Positions 29,207-38,650 of a stretch of 64,000 nt of DNA are shown here, piece after piece (position 1 is the stretch's first letter; every line of letters begins with the position of its first letter). The stretch comes from an uncultured bacterium (lineage in GTDB: Bacteria; Bacteroidota; Bacteroidia; NS11-12g; UBA9320). The notes beneath the pieces were generated by a model. It did not search any database and was not told where the DNA came from. It saw only the letters and a list, made by a program, of their open reading frames with translations. Both the position numbers and the translations under genes were made by a program. Where the stretch lies: the NCBI GenBank assembly GCA_963991985.1, contig CAXDRX010000001.1, positions 3,341 to 67,340 of the forward strand. Reading direction: 5' to 3'.

Positions 29207-31069
29207 ATGAAAAAAACTTTATTATTTCTGAGCATTTGCTTAAGTATAAATGCTTTTGCTCAATTAGAAGGAACTTGGAAGTTTACCCAAAAACCGGGCG
29301 CTTTCGGGGTTGGTCCAAATCAAGGAGATCAAGGTTGGTGGCAGTACCTATCAGATGGCGAAACAAGAGAATGTTTAATGGATGATCGTTATGTATTCAA
29401 TGCCGACGGTACATTCGAAAACCAGTTAGACTCTTCTACTTGGCTTGAGACGTGGCAAGGAGTAGCCGAAGGGTGTGGGAAACCCGTTAGTCCACACGAT
29501 GGTTCTGTTTCTGCTACTTGGTCTTATGATGAGACTGCCAAAACAATCACAATTGTAGGAAAAGGTGCTTATCTAGGCTTGTCCAAAGTAACCAACACAA
29601 CCCAACTTACCGACCCAGCAAATGCTCCCGACACAATCGTATATACGGTAACATCCATGTCGGCTAGCAACATGGTGATTGATATAAATTACGGAAGCGG
29701 TTGGTGGAGATACGACATGACCAAGGACGACGGAAAAGCAGAACCTACAGAAAATATCATAGACTTTTCTGCAGAGGACGCTTGGGGAGGTTTTGTCAAT
29801 GTATTTGATTTTGCAGGTGCCTACATGTTTGGAAGCGGTTGGGCAATTCCCGACATCAAGACAACCATTGACAAAACAAATAATACCATGACCTTACAGC
29901 CCAATTTCAATCTGTATGGAGATGGAACAGACCCATATTGGGCCAAAGACGGAAAAGGACAAAAAAATGTTGAAGCCAATACGGAAGTAGAAAATGCTAC
30001 TTTAACAGAAAAAGATTTCACATTCAAGGGTTCCGTTTTAAGCAATACTTTAGATACGAGCTACGATGCTTATTTTCATATAGTAGCGTTGGATCCAAAC
30101 AATGGTTACCAAGATGCCTTGGGCGGTGCAGGTAGAAAAAAGCTTCCTTCCAGCGGCAACTTTTCAGTAACCATTAAAGGGGACGACCTAAAGTCTGGAT
30201 TGATCGTAAAATATGGATTCCGCATATTTGGAGTGAACGCAAACCCTGCTGATGAAACTGCTTTAGGAAGCATTGTTATTGGAGAAACCCAACCCGAATT
30301 TGCTGGAAGATGGAAATTGGCTCCACAGGCCATTGCCATGGGGGTTGGCCCCAACCAAGGAGACGTTTCTTGGTGGTCCAACACAGCAGCAGATGTAGAT
30401 ACTCGACACTGTTTGTTCGCAGATCATTATGTTTTCAATGCAGATGGATCATTTGAAAATGACTTGGCCGAACACACGTGGTTGGAAACATGGCAAGGTG
30501 CAGATGAAGGCTGTGGCGAACCCGTTGCACCACACGATGGTTCTAACGCAGCTACCTGGTCTTACGATGCCTCAGCAAAAACCGTAACCCTTGTTGGAAA
30601 AGGAGCTTACCTAGGTTTATCGAAAGTTACCAACACAACCCAACTTACAGATCCCGCAGACGCTGTAGATACCATAACTTACCAAGTTACTGAATATTCC
30701 GACACCACGCTTCTTCTAGACATCGACTATGGTGCTGGTTGGTGGAGATTCAACTTTGTAAGAACAAACGAAACAATGTCTGTAGACTCTGTACCCAAAG
30801 ATACAGGAGATTCAAGCGGATTTATTTTAAATCCTGAGTGGGGTTCAACAAATATTTATCCAAACCCTGCAAACAATTTTGTACAAATCCAGAGTGCTGA
30901 AAAATTTGTTTCTTATCATATTTTAAATCAATTGGGTCAAACAGTATTGGTGGGAGACATCGTAGAAAACAGAATTTCAGTCGCAGAATTGAATAATGGT
31001 GTTTATTTTATCACGATCACCAATGAAGACAATCTTGGTTTCGTCAAAAAATTGATCATCAAAAATTAA
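29207..31069 (+). CDS. T9SS type-A-sorted protein with two Trp-rich repeat modules flanking an unknown domain (putative beta-glucan-binding)
   Basis: Signal peptide ending AFAQ; two ~155-aa repeats; C-terminal IYPNPANN...LNNGVYFI..KKLIIKN sorting domain. Confidence 0.8.
   Translation: MKKTLLFLSICLSINAFAQLEGTWKFTQKPGAFGVGPNQGDQGWWQYLSDGETRECLMDDRYVFNADGTFENQLDSSTWLETWQGVAEGCGKPVSPHDGSVSATWSYDETAKTITIVGKGAYLGLSKVTNTTQLTDPANAPDTIVYTVTSMSASNMVIDINYGSGWWRYDMTKDDGKAEPTENIIDFSAEDAWGGFVNVFDFAGAYMFGSGWAIPDIKTTIDKTNNTMTLQPNFNLYGDGTDPYWAKDGKGQKNVEANTEVENATLTEKDFTFKGSVLSNTLDTSYDAYFHIVALDPNNGYQDALGGAGRKKLPSSGNFSVTIKGDDLKSGLIVKYGFRIFGVNANPADETALGSIVIGETQPEFAGRWKLAPQAIAMGVGPNQGDVSWWSNTAADVDTRHCLFADHYVFNADGSFENDLAEHTWLETWQGADEGCGEPVAPHDGSNAATWSYDASAKTVTLVGKGAYLGLSKVTNTTQLTDPADAVDTITYQVTEYSDTTLLLDIDYGAGWWRFNFVRTNETMSVDSVPKDTGDSSGFILNPEWGSTNIYPNPANNFVQIQSAEKFVSYHILNQLGQTVLVGDIVENRISVAELNNGVYFITITNEDNLGFVKKLIIKN
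29264..30763 (+). repeat. Intragenic duplication: modules at ~29264-29725 and ~30299-30763
   Basis: Both contain GVGPNQGD..WW, YVFNADG, TWLETWQG, PHDGS, VGKGAYLGLSKVTNTTQLTDP and YGxGWWR. A 20-bp exact DNA match at 29591-29610 and 30629-30648. Confidence 0.92.
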
Positions 31070-31089
31070 ATTTATAGTTTTTACAAATG

Positions 31090-31121
31090 AAAAGGGAAGT
31101 CGTAATGGCTTCCCTTTTTTT
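31090..31121 (+). terminator. Rho-independent terminator closing the PUL
   Basis: AAAAGGGAAGTC-GTAAT-GGCTTCCC followed by T7, 20 nt after the stop at 31069. Confidence 0.85.
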
Positions 31122-31172
31122 GTGGTTTATGTTTTTGTCGGTTCCAAAAAAATTTGATTTATTTACCAGCTC

Positions 31173-31616
31173 ATGAATAAACTTTTACTCATCCAAGAAT
31201 GCATACAAAAACTTAGTGATGAAATCAAAAAGATCAAAGATGATTTAGATTCTATCGAATATGACATGCACAACGAGACCAAAAGCTCTGCAGGAGACAA
31301 ATACGAAATCTCTCGAGAAATGATGCAACAAGAGCGAGAAAAACTAATGAATCAGATAAATTTAAAACAAAAGCAAAAGACAATGTTCTTACATATGCCT
31401 TCAAAAACAAACACAAATGCCAACTTGGGCGCTTTGGTAATCACCCAGAAGGCTATTTTTTTCATTAGCCAGAGTATTGGTAAAATCCAATTTGAAGACA
31501 AAACCATTTTTTGTCTCTCTATTCAAGCCCCCATAACCAAAATGATGTTGAACAAAAAAGTGAAAGACGCTTTTGAGTGGAACAATAATGCATATACAAT
31601 TCATCAAATAGAATAA
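31173..31616 (+). CDS. Conserved Bacteroidota GreA/GreB-like protein
   Basis: Coiled coil with ETKSSAGDKYEISREMMQQE; C-terminal LGALV..FFISQSIG..LSIQAPI resembling the Gre C-domain. Confidence 0.65.
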   Translation: MNKLLLIQECIQKLSDEIKKIKDDLDSIEYDMHNETKSSAGDKYEISREMMQQEREKLMNQINLKQKQKTMFLHMPSKTNTNANLGALVITQKAIFFISQSIGKIQFEDKTIFCLSIQAPITKMMLNKKVKDAFEWNNNAYTIHQIE

Positions 31617-31687
31617 ATCTTTGAAAGAAAAATAGACTTGTTTGATTTGGTTGTTTCAGTTCCGAATATTTTCAATTTCTTTGTTTA

Positions 31688-32935
31688 ATGGAGCAAAAAA
31701 ATCCTTCTTTCTCGAAGTATAATGCTCAGCAAATTGCTGATAATTTCGGTACACCAACTTACGTATATGATGCTCAGAAAATTGCTGAACAATATGAACA
31801 AATGAAAGCAGCATTTTCTGAAGTACAGGTAAAAATAAAATATGCATGCAAAGCGCTCAGCAACATCAATATCTTAAAATTAATGAAAAGCTTGGGCAGT
31901 GGTTTGGATACCGTTTCCATTCAAGAAGTCATGCTTGGCATCCATAGCGGATTTGAACCCGAAGAAATCATTTTCACGCCCAATAGCATCGATATTAAGG
32001 AAATGAAGGATGCTGTTCGTTTGGGCGTAATCATAAATATTGATAGCCTCTCTATGTTGGAGCAATTTGGCAATGAGTTTGGAGACCAATACCCAGTTTG
32101 TATTCGATTGAATCCACACATTATGGCTGGAGGTCATGCCCATATTTCAACCGGTCATATCGACAGTAAGTTTGGAATATCTATCTACCAAATGCCACAT
32201 GTTCACAGAATCGTCGAGGCCACCGGTCTTAAGATAAATGGCTTACATATGCATACAGGTTCCGATATTCTGGATGCAGATGTTTTTCTGAGGGGTGCAG
32301 AATTGCTCTTCGATGCCTCAGAAAAATTCAATGAACTTAAGTTTATGGATTTTGGGTCTGGTTTTAAAGTAGCTTACAGAGACAACGAAGTAACCACAGA
32401 CATTAAAGAAGTCGGAGAGAAAATTTCTAGTCGTTTTGCTTCTTTCTGCAAATCTTATGGTAAAGATTTAGAGCTTTGGTTCGAACCAGGCAAATATATT
32501 GTTAGTGAAGCTGGGCAATTGTTGGTCAAATGCAATGTGGTAAAACAAACGACAAGCACAGTATTTGTTGGTGTTAACTCTGGTCAAAATCACCTCATTC
32601 GGCCGATGATGTACGATGCATACCACAAAATTGAAAATATTAGCAACCCAAAAGGCGTCGAGCGCATCTATTCAGTGGTAGGTTATATCTGTGAAACAGA
32701 CACCTTTGGATATGATCGAAAGATCTCTGAGGTCCGGGAAGGTGATATTTTAGCCATTCATAATGCAGGGGCATATGGTTTTCAAATGAGCAGTAATTAC
32801 AATTCAAGATATCGGCCTGCTGAGGTATTGATTCATCAAGGAAAAGCTCATCTTATAAGAAGAAGAGAAACTTTCAATGATTTGCTTGACACCCAAATTG
32901 TTCTTGATGTGTGGGAAGGAGAAGATCACAATTAA
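31688..32935 (+). CDS. lysA: Diaminopimelate decarboxylase
   Basis: FGTPTYVYD, YACKA (PLP Lys), SKFGI, HMHTGS, FEPGKY, GYICETD, GAYG..MSSNYN. Confidence 0.95.
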   Translation: MEQKNPSFSKYNAQQIADNFGTPTYVYDAQKIAEQYEQMKAAFSEVQVKIKYACKALSNINILKLMKSLGSGLDTVSIQEVMLGIHSGFEPEEIIFTPNSIDIKEMKDAVRLGVIINIDSLSMLEQFGNEFGDQYPVCIRLNPHIMAGGHAHISTGHIDSKFGISIYQMPHVHRIVEATGLKINGLHMHTGSDILDADVFLRGAELLFDASEKFNELKFMDFGSGFKVAYRDNEVTTDIKEVGEKISSRFASFCKSYGKDLELWFEPGKYIVSEAGQLLVKCNVVKQTTSTVFVGVNSGQNHLIRPMMYDAYHKIENISNPKGVERIYSVVGYICETDTFGYDRKISEVREGDILAIHNAGAYGFQMSSNYNSRYRPAEVLIHQGKAHLIRRRETFNDLLDTQIVLDVWEGEDHN

Positions 32936-34530
32936 AGCTTAGCAGAAGCTTGTAGCTTAGGAGCCGCAGCGATTGTTTCTGGCGCGCAACCTTTTTTGTA
33001 TTTATCAAAATTTTCGTTGAAAAGCACAGCAAGCTTTTGGCTCGTTTTGTTGAACTGGTATTTGTCTTTCCACGTATTGATCGGATTGAGAATTTCTGAT
33101 GGAACACCATCCACTTCAGAAGGTATTTCTAAATCGAAAAGATCTTGTTTTTGAAAATTGTCAAAATTCAATTTGTTTTCGAGCACAGCAGTTATCATTG
33201 CTCGGGTATACTTCAATTTTATTCTAGAACCTACTCCATACTCTCCTCCTGTCCAACCCGTATTGATGAGCCAAACATTCACCCCATGATTGGTCTTCAA
33301 TTTTTCACCCAACATATTTGCATATTCACTTGGGTGCAATGGTAAAAATGCTTCACCAAAACAAGCTGAAAAGGTTGCTTTGGGTTCAGTAATTCCCTCC
33401 TCAGTGCCTGCAACCTTAGCGGTATATCCCGAAATAAAATGGTACATTGCTTGACCCGTTGTCAACTTAGAAATAGGAGGCAAAACCCCAAAAGCATCGC
33501 ATGTAAGAAAGAAAATATTTGTGGGTGATTTGCCTATGCTTGGCAATTTAACACCTTCAATATGCTCTATTGGATAGGCAACACGCGTATTTTGGGTAAC
33601 GCTGACATCCGAAAAATTCACTTTGTTTGAATGTTCAAAAAATCGAACATTTTCCACCAATGCCCCTCTTTTGATTGCCTTATAAATTTGTGGTTCGTTT
33701 TCTTCGTTCAGATCTATACACTTCGCGTAGCAACCACCCTCAAAATTAAAAATTCCTTCCATTGACCAACCATGCTCATCGTCGCCAATTAACTTTCTTT
33801 TGGGATCTGCAGAAAGAGTTGTTTTTCCCGTACCGGAAAGTCCAAAAAACAAGGCAGTATCTTGTTGGTCCCCCTCATTTGCAGAGCAATGCATACTCAA
33901 TACATTGTGTAATTTTGGGAGCGTATAATTCAAAACAGTAAAAATACCCTTTTTAATCTCGCCTGTATATCCAGTTCCCCCGATAAGAATGATTTTCTTA
34001 CTGAAATTGGTGATAGAGAAGTTGTGCTGTCTTGTCCCATCTTCGTCTGTCACTGCCAAAAATGAAGGTGCGGCCAAAATAAGCCAATCCGCATCCTCGC
34101 GAAAGTTATTGTCCGCAAATCTTTGGAATAAATTATTCGCAAACAAGTTTTGATACGCTGTTTCAGTAACCACCTTCAAGCTCATCGTATACTTGGGATC
34201 AGAACAAACAAAAGCATCTCTGATGAATAAGGTACGATCGCTAAAATGGTCAAGTATCTTAGCGAGCAACCCATCGAAGTGATCTTCGGACATGGGATGA
34301 TTAACCTCTCCCCACCATACAGCGTTCATTGTTTGTTCGTCGCGAACAACAAATTTGTCTTTTGGCGAACGACCTGTGAATTCTCCAGTATCGGCTGCCA
34401 ATGCGTCCATATCCGTTAAAATACCCTCACCGTTTGATACAGCATAATTGATTAATTCGTCGGGATTTAGGTTCAGATGTGCAATTTTTGCATGCTCTAT
34501 AATTTTTGAAATAATAGCGTTGTGACCCAT
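32932..34530 (-). CDS. pckA: Phosphoenolpyruvate carboxykinase (ATP)
   Basis: TGRSPKDKF, YTGEIKK, MHCSAN, FGLSGTGKTTLS, IGDDEHGW, NFEGGCYAK. Confidence 0.97.
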   Translation of the reverse strand: MGHNAIISKIIEHAKIAHLNLNPDELINYAVSNGEGILTDMDALAADTGEFTGRSPKDKFVVRDEQTMNAVWWGEVNHPMSEDHFDGLLAKILDHFSDRTLFIRDAFVCSDPKYTMSLKVVTETAYQNLFANNLFQRFADNNFREDADWLILAAPSFLAVTDEDGTRQHNFSITNFSKKIILIGGTGYTGEIKKGIFTVLNYTLPKLHNVLSMHCSANEGDQQDTALFFGLSGTGKTTLSADPKRKLIGDDEHGWSMEGIFNFEGGCYAKCIDLNEENEPQIYKAIKRGALVENVRFFEHSNKVNFSDVSVTQNTRVAYPIEHIEGVKLPSIGKSPTNIFFLTCDAFGVLPPISKLTTGQAMYHFISGYTAKVAGTEEGITEPKATFSACFGEAFLPLHPSEYANMLGEKLKTNHGVNVWLINTGWTGGEYGVGSRIKLKYTRAMITAVLENKLNFDNFQKQDLFDLEIPSEVDGVPSEILNPINTWKDKYQFNKTSQKLAVLFNENFDKYKKGCAPETIAAAPKLQASAKL

Positions 34531-34588
34531 CTTATTTACCTTATAGTAGGCTTCAAATGTATTGGGGTTTGGGACTGAAAAAAAAAAA

Positions 34589-34939
34589 TTAACCTCCTTT
34601 TGGTATTACTTTATAACCTTTTTGAATAAGGAATTGGGCAATTTTGTTTCGAAAATCCCCTTGAATCACAATTTCTCCTCCCTTCCATACCCCTCCTGTT
34701 CCGCAAAGCTGCTTAATTTCTTTGGTAAGTTTTTTGGCCTCCTCATCTGATCCTTGAAAACTTTCTATGAGTGTTACTATCTTGCCTTTCCTGTTTTTTT
34801 TATCTCTTGAAAGATATAGTTTTTGATCCTCGGGAAGGATTTCTTGTGCCTCTTCATCAGGTTCAAAGGAATCTTCGGGGTTGGTAGAATACACTAGCCC
34901 ACCAAAATCATTTATTTTCTTCATTTTCTTTTTGGACAT
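34589..34939 (-). CDS. SUI1/YciH-family translation initiation factor
   Basis: GLVYSTNP, RKGKIVTLI, KQLCGTGG, IVIQGDFR. Confidence 0.9.
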   Translation of the reverse strand: MSKKKMKKINDFGGLVYSTNPEDSFEPDEEAQEILPEDQKLYLSRDKKNRKGKIVTLIESFQGSDEEAKKLTKEIKQLCGTGGVWKGGEIVIQGDFRNKIAQFLIQKGYKVIPKGG

Positions 34940-34948
34940 CCTGCAAAT

Positions 34949-36415
34949 TTAGTTTCCTTTCTTTTTGTCTGTTTTTGGATTTACATGCATAGCCAATATT
35001 CTATTAGATTCCTTAATTGTTTGCGGTTTTTTTCGAAATTCCCACAGAATTTTACTCGCTTTGGCCCTCGCCTTTTGAAAATCTACTATGGGGTATGGAT
35101 AATCTTGGCCAATTCTGGTTTTATACATTATTTGATCCATGGCGCTCATTTTCCAGGGTTCATGTACAAGGGATAAAGGAACTCTTCGAAGTTCGGGTAG
35201 CCATTGAACAATAAATTCACCATTGGGGTCATGCTCAAATGAATTTCTTACCGGGTTGTATATACGCAAGGTGTTGAACCCTGTTTCTCCCGCCTGCATA
35301 ATTAATTGGGAATAGTGAATACCAGGCTCAAAGTCTAAAAACTGCTTCGACAAATGGAAACTTGCTTTTTGCCACGGCTGCCACAAAATATGGGTGAAGA
35401 AGCTAATCAAGAGCGCCCGCATTCTGAAATTGAGATAGCCTGTCGCATTCAAACACCTCATACATGCGTCGACCAAAGGGAATCCAGTGTTACCATTTTC
35501 CCAAACTCTTATCAAGTCAGGAATGATCGGCTTTTTCAAATGATTGTACGTTTTATTCAAAGACTCAAATTCCATGCTGCATTCCATTTCAAATTTTTGA
35601 ATGAAATGAGAGTGCCACCTCAACCTACTGATGAATCCGTTGATGGCTCTTTTGTCTGAAGAATCTGATCTAGACATTTTTGCCGCTTGAAATGCCTGTC
35701 TGATGGAAAGGTTGCCCCAAGCCAAATACACGGACAACCTACTACAGTGAATGCGCGAACCCAATGGCTTTGAGATATTTTTTAAATAACCCACGTGCCT
35801 TTTGTTTAGAAAACCTTCTAAATATTTTTTCCCATTTTGCTCCCCTCCCGGTTGACAATGACTATTGGTTTTTTCTAATTCGATGTGAGAAGACCATTCC
35901 ATAATGGTTTTTTTTGACAACATTTGGTTTTGCCTTGGCTGAAAAAAAACGGTAGAAGAATTGACATAATCATTCCATTCTTCAATCCACTTGTTTCGGT
36001 TTTTCATCCCTCGTTTTACTCCTTTGGAAGGTAGCTCATGCCAGACTATATTGTTTTTTTTAAAATATTTAGAAATCTTTTTGTCTCTATCATAAGTTTT
36101 TTTGATTCCCGTTTCTTGACCACTAAAAACACTAGTTATGGAATAATTTTTCTTGAGAAAATCGAAAGCATCTTGGACCTCTAACTCCAAATACAAAACT
36201 TGGGAATCGAACTTTGCCAACTGTACATTTAAATCAAGAATGGATTGTTTAATAAAACTAAAATGCCGCGCGGAATAATGGGGATCCTTTTGAAGGGAGG
36301 GTTCTAGAATATAAAGCAAGCAAAATTTCTGATTTTGTTGTATTGCCCGGCAAATGGCTTCGTTGTCGTGCAAACGCAAGTCTCTTTTCAACCAAACAAT
36401 GTTCATCCTTTGCAC
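34949..36415 (-). CDS. DNA photolyase/cryptochrome family protein
   Basis: VWLKRDLRLHDN, SRLSVYLAWG, GNTGFPLVDACMR, NFRMRA, FLDFEPGIHYSQ, RIYNP. Alternative ATG at 36406. Confidence 0.9.
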   Translation of the reverse strand: MQRMNIVWLKRDLRLHDNEAICRAIQQNQKFCLLYILEPSLQKDPHYSARHFSFIKQSILDLNVQLAKFDSQVLYLELEVQDAFDFLKKNYSITSVFSGQETGIKKTYDRDKKISKYFKKNNIVWHELPSKGVKRGMKNRNKWIEEWNDYVNSSTVFFQPRQNQMLSKKTIMEWSSHIELEKTNSHCQPGGEQNGKKYLEGFLNKRHVGYLKNISKPLGSRIHCSRLSVYLAWGNLSIRQAFQAAKMSRSDSSDKRAINGFISRLRWHSHFIQKFEMECSMEFESLNKTYNHLKKPIIPDLIRVWENGNTGFPLVDACMRCLNATGYLNFRMRALLISFFTHILWQPWQKASFHLSKQFLDFEPGIHYSQLIMQAGETGFNTLRIYNPVRNSFEHDPNGEFIVQWLPELRRVPLSLVHEPWKMSAMDQIMYKTRIGQDYPYPIVDFQKARAKASKILWEFRKKPQTIKESNRILAMHVNPKTDKKKGN

Positions 36416-36484
36416 AACATTTTAGAAAACAAAAATTACCTCTTTTTGATTGCATTAGGAGGGTTTCGTTGAACTACAGCGATA

Positions 36485-38650
36485 TCATCTCAAGAGGTGC
36501 ACATTCCCTGAATATAATTTTTGATCGCCGTTCAAAAATCGGATACGCAATAGATACCCATAAACACCAAGAGGGGCATTTTCCCCACTCCAGCCGATTT
36601 CTACAATTCTTGGATCCGCGTGGAGAATTTGATGTAAAATTTGTCCATACCGATTGAAAACTATAAAAGATTCGACCTCTTTGATCTGATGAGATCGTAA
36701 ACTTGGTCTAAAAACATTGTTTAATTGGTCGTTGCCTGGGGAAAATGCATTGGGAATAAAAACATGTTGCTTTACTTTAATCTCAACGAATGAAGAATCT
36801 TTCGCAAAACATCCTTTATCACTTTCTGCCAACAATTTTATCCAAAGCGATTGGAAAGGGTAAACGGTGATTGGGGAGCAATTGATGTCACAATTCAACA
36901 GTCCCTCTGGTTTCCAATTGTACATGGCAATGGAGTCATTTGCAGTTGTACTTAGCCGCACAAATTCACCCAACTCTATGGAAGAAAATTTTGGTTGTAT
37001 GTCAATTTCAAATTGGGGAGGATCAAACAATTCGATGGATGTATCCCAGGTGCATGCAACGTTGTCCATTGCACGAATTTTGTATAGGCCTTTGGCCAAA
37101 AACTGAAACCTTCTGATTGTATCAAGTTTATCATTTCCTATTGCAAAAAGGATGGGTAAGATGGCGCCTCTTTCATTCAGCAATTGAATCGAACCCGAAG
37201 TATCACCTGTACAAAGTGGATTTGATGATTTAATGTCTAAAGCCAATGGACTTTCTTTAAAGGTTAATTTTAATACCAGAAAACTATCGCAACCATGTAG
37301 ATCTGAAAATGTATCTCTATAAAGTCCTTCTTTGTCAATATAGGTTCCATTAAATAGTATTTTTTTTCCCTCGCACACAAAAGTGTCTATATATGATGTT
37401 TTGTTCTTTCGGTGTATGAGGTTCATTCTCACTACGCTGTCGCATCCATGACTTCCAAGCAAGGTGTCCAAATAAATACCCTCAGCATTTATTTTCTTAT
37501 TGTTGAAGACTATAAAATCGTTGGGACAAATGAGACTGTCAAAAAAACCAAACTTTATTGGACGTTTGCTCAATGTTAGGAATACTATACTGTCACATCC
37601 ATTTTTGGATACAAATGAGTCTGAATAAATGCCAGGAGTGGAAATATTTCTATTCCCAAAAAAAATGCTGTCTTCACGACAAATAAGAGAGTCAATGAAT
37701 GATAAAATTGGTTTTTTAATTTCAATGAAATTTTCTTCCGAAAGAACCCGACAATTTTGGTTGAGTAAATTGCTCTGAGTGTTGGCCAATAAATAACGAT
37801 ACTTATAAAACCCTACATTCCCATTGCTGTGAATGTAACGATCTTGGTTGGCACCGTAAATATTTGTCCATCCATTTCCATCGTTAATTTGCCATTGATA
37901 ATTGGGTGTATTGTATCTATTCCCCTGGAGACTTGCAATCAAAGTTCTTGGTTTAAAAGATCGCGGACAGATTACATAAGGAGCCCTCGGATTAATAAAT
38001 GCTTTTGGGCCACATGGTCTAAAAGAGATATTGTCCAAAGCCAAATCATTTCCAGCACCTCCCGGAGCATTATTTCTTAGTGATAAGATAAGACTATCTT
38101 GGCCAGGCAGTGTCGAAAAGGTAAATGAATATCGATTCCATTTTTCGTTATTGGGTACATTGCCAGTATTATATTTACTTACTCCATTAATCAGAAATTG
38201 CAAGTTGGGTTTGATGTAATTTGGATAACTTTTATCCATAAGATTGAATACATCAATTGAAAATTCATACGTCGTATTTTCACATAAATCATATACGGTA
38301 TCTATATAAAACAAACCCGATTGAAACGATGCATTTACAACCATCATGTAACCATTTGGGCTGTTACTATTGTCTTGTATACCTTGCCATCCAGCCCATA
38401 AAAAGGGCCAGTTGGCCATATTGTTTGTAATGGTATAATACCCGTCATCCATAGGAACATTGGTGGTATATATATATCCTGGTGCCAATTTGGGGTCTTT
38501 GCTCAACACCGTTGCTGCCCCTTCTCCAAAATCACCATTTTTAAAAATATTTTTGCCCAATTGGCCTGAACACGACTGAGACAGTGCTTCTCTAGACGCA
38601 ATAAGCAAGAAAATGTTTAAGAAAAAGGAGAGAAATTTCTTGCAGGACAC
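36485..38650 (-). CDS. T9SS type-B (gliding-motility-associated CTD) surface protein with lectin-like N-terminus
   Basis: Signal peptide; NGDFG..GYMMVVNAS..GNDLALDNISFRPCGP; three GCDS repeats; C-terminal FIPNAFSPGNDQLNNVF..VFNRYG..GVYGY..GNVHLLR. Confidence 0.85.
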   Translation of the reverse strand: MSCKKFLSFFLNIFLLIASREALSQSCSGQLGKNIFKNGDFGEGAATVLSKDPKLAPGYIYTTNVPMDDGYYTITNNMANWPFLWAGWQGIQDNSNSPNGYMMVVNASFQSGLFYIDTVYDLCENTTYEFSIDVFNLMDKSYPNYIKPNLQFLINGVSKYNTGNVPNNEKWNRYSFTFSTLPGQDSLILSLRNNAPGGAGNDLALDNISFRPCGPKAFINPRAPYVICPRSFKPRTLIASLQGNRYNTPNYQWQINDGNGWTNIYGANQDRYIHSNGNVGFYKYRYLLANTQSNLLNQNCRVLSEENFIEIKKPILSFIDSLICREDSIFFGNRNISTPGIYSDSFVSKNGCDSIVFLTLSKRPIKFGFFDSLICPNDFIVFNNKKINAEGIYLDTLLGSHGCDSVVRMNLIHRKNKTSYIDTFVCEGKKILFNGTYIDKEGLYRDTFSDLHGCDSFLVLKLTFKESPLALDIKSSNPLCTGDTSGSIQLLNERGAILPILFAIGNDKLDTIRRFQFLAKGLYKIRAMDNVACTWDTSIELFDPPQFEIDIQPKFSSIELGEFVRLSTTANDSIAMYNWKPEGLLNCDINCSPITVYPFQSLWIKLLAESDKGCFAKDSSFVEIKVKQHVFIPNAFSPGNDQLNNVFRPSLRSHQIKEVESFIVFNRYGQILHQILHADPRIVEIGWSGENAPLGVYGYLLRIRFLNGDQKLYSGNVHLLR
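37262..37703 (-). repeat. Three tandem ~50-aa cysteine-paired repeats (D(S/T)xxC...GxYxD...GCDS)
   Basis: IDSLICRED..GIYSDSF..GCDSIV; FDSLICPND..GIYLDTL..GCDSVV; IDTFVCEGK..GLYRDTF..GCDSFL. Boundaries are approximate. Confidence 0.75.

Noticed and set aside
34578-34588. A11 homopolymer upstream of pckA as a phase-variable switch
   Set aside because: Long A/T runs are frequent in this DNA and pckA is a housekeeping gene; nothing else supports it.
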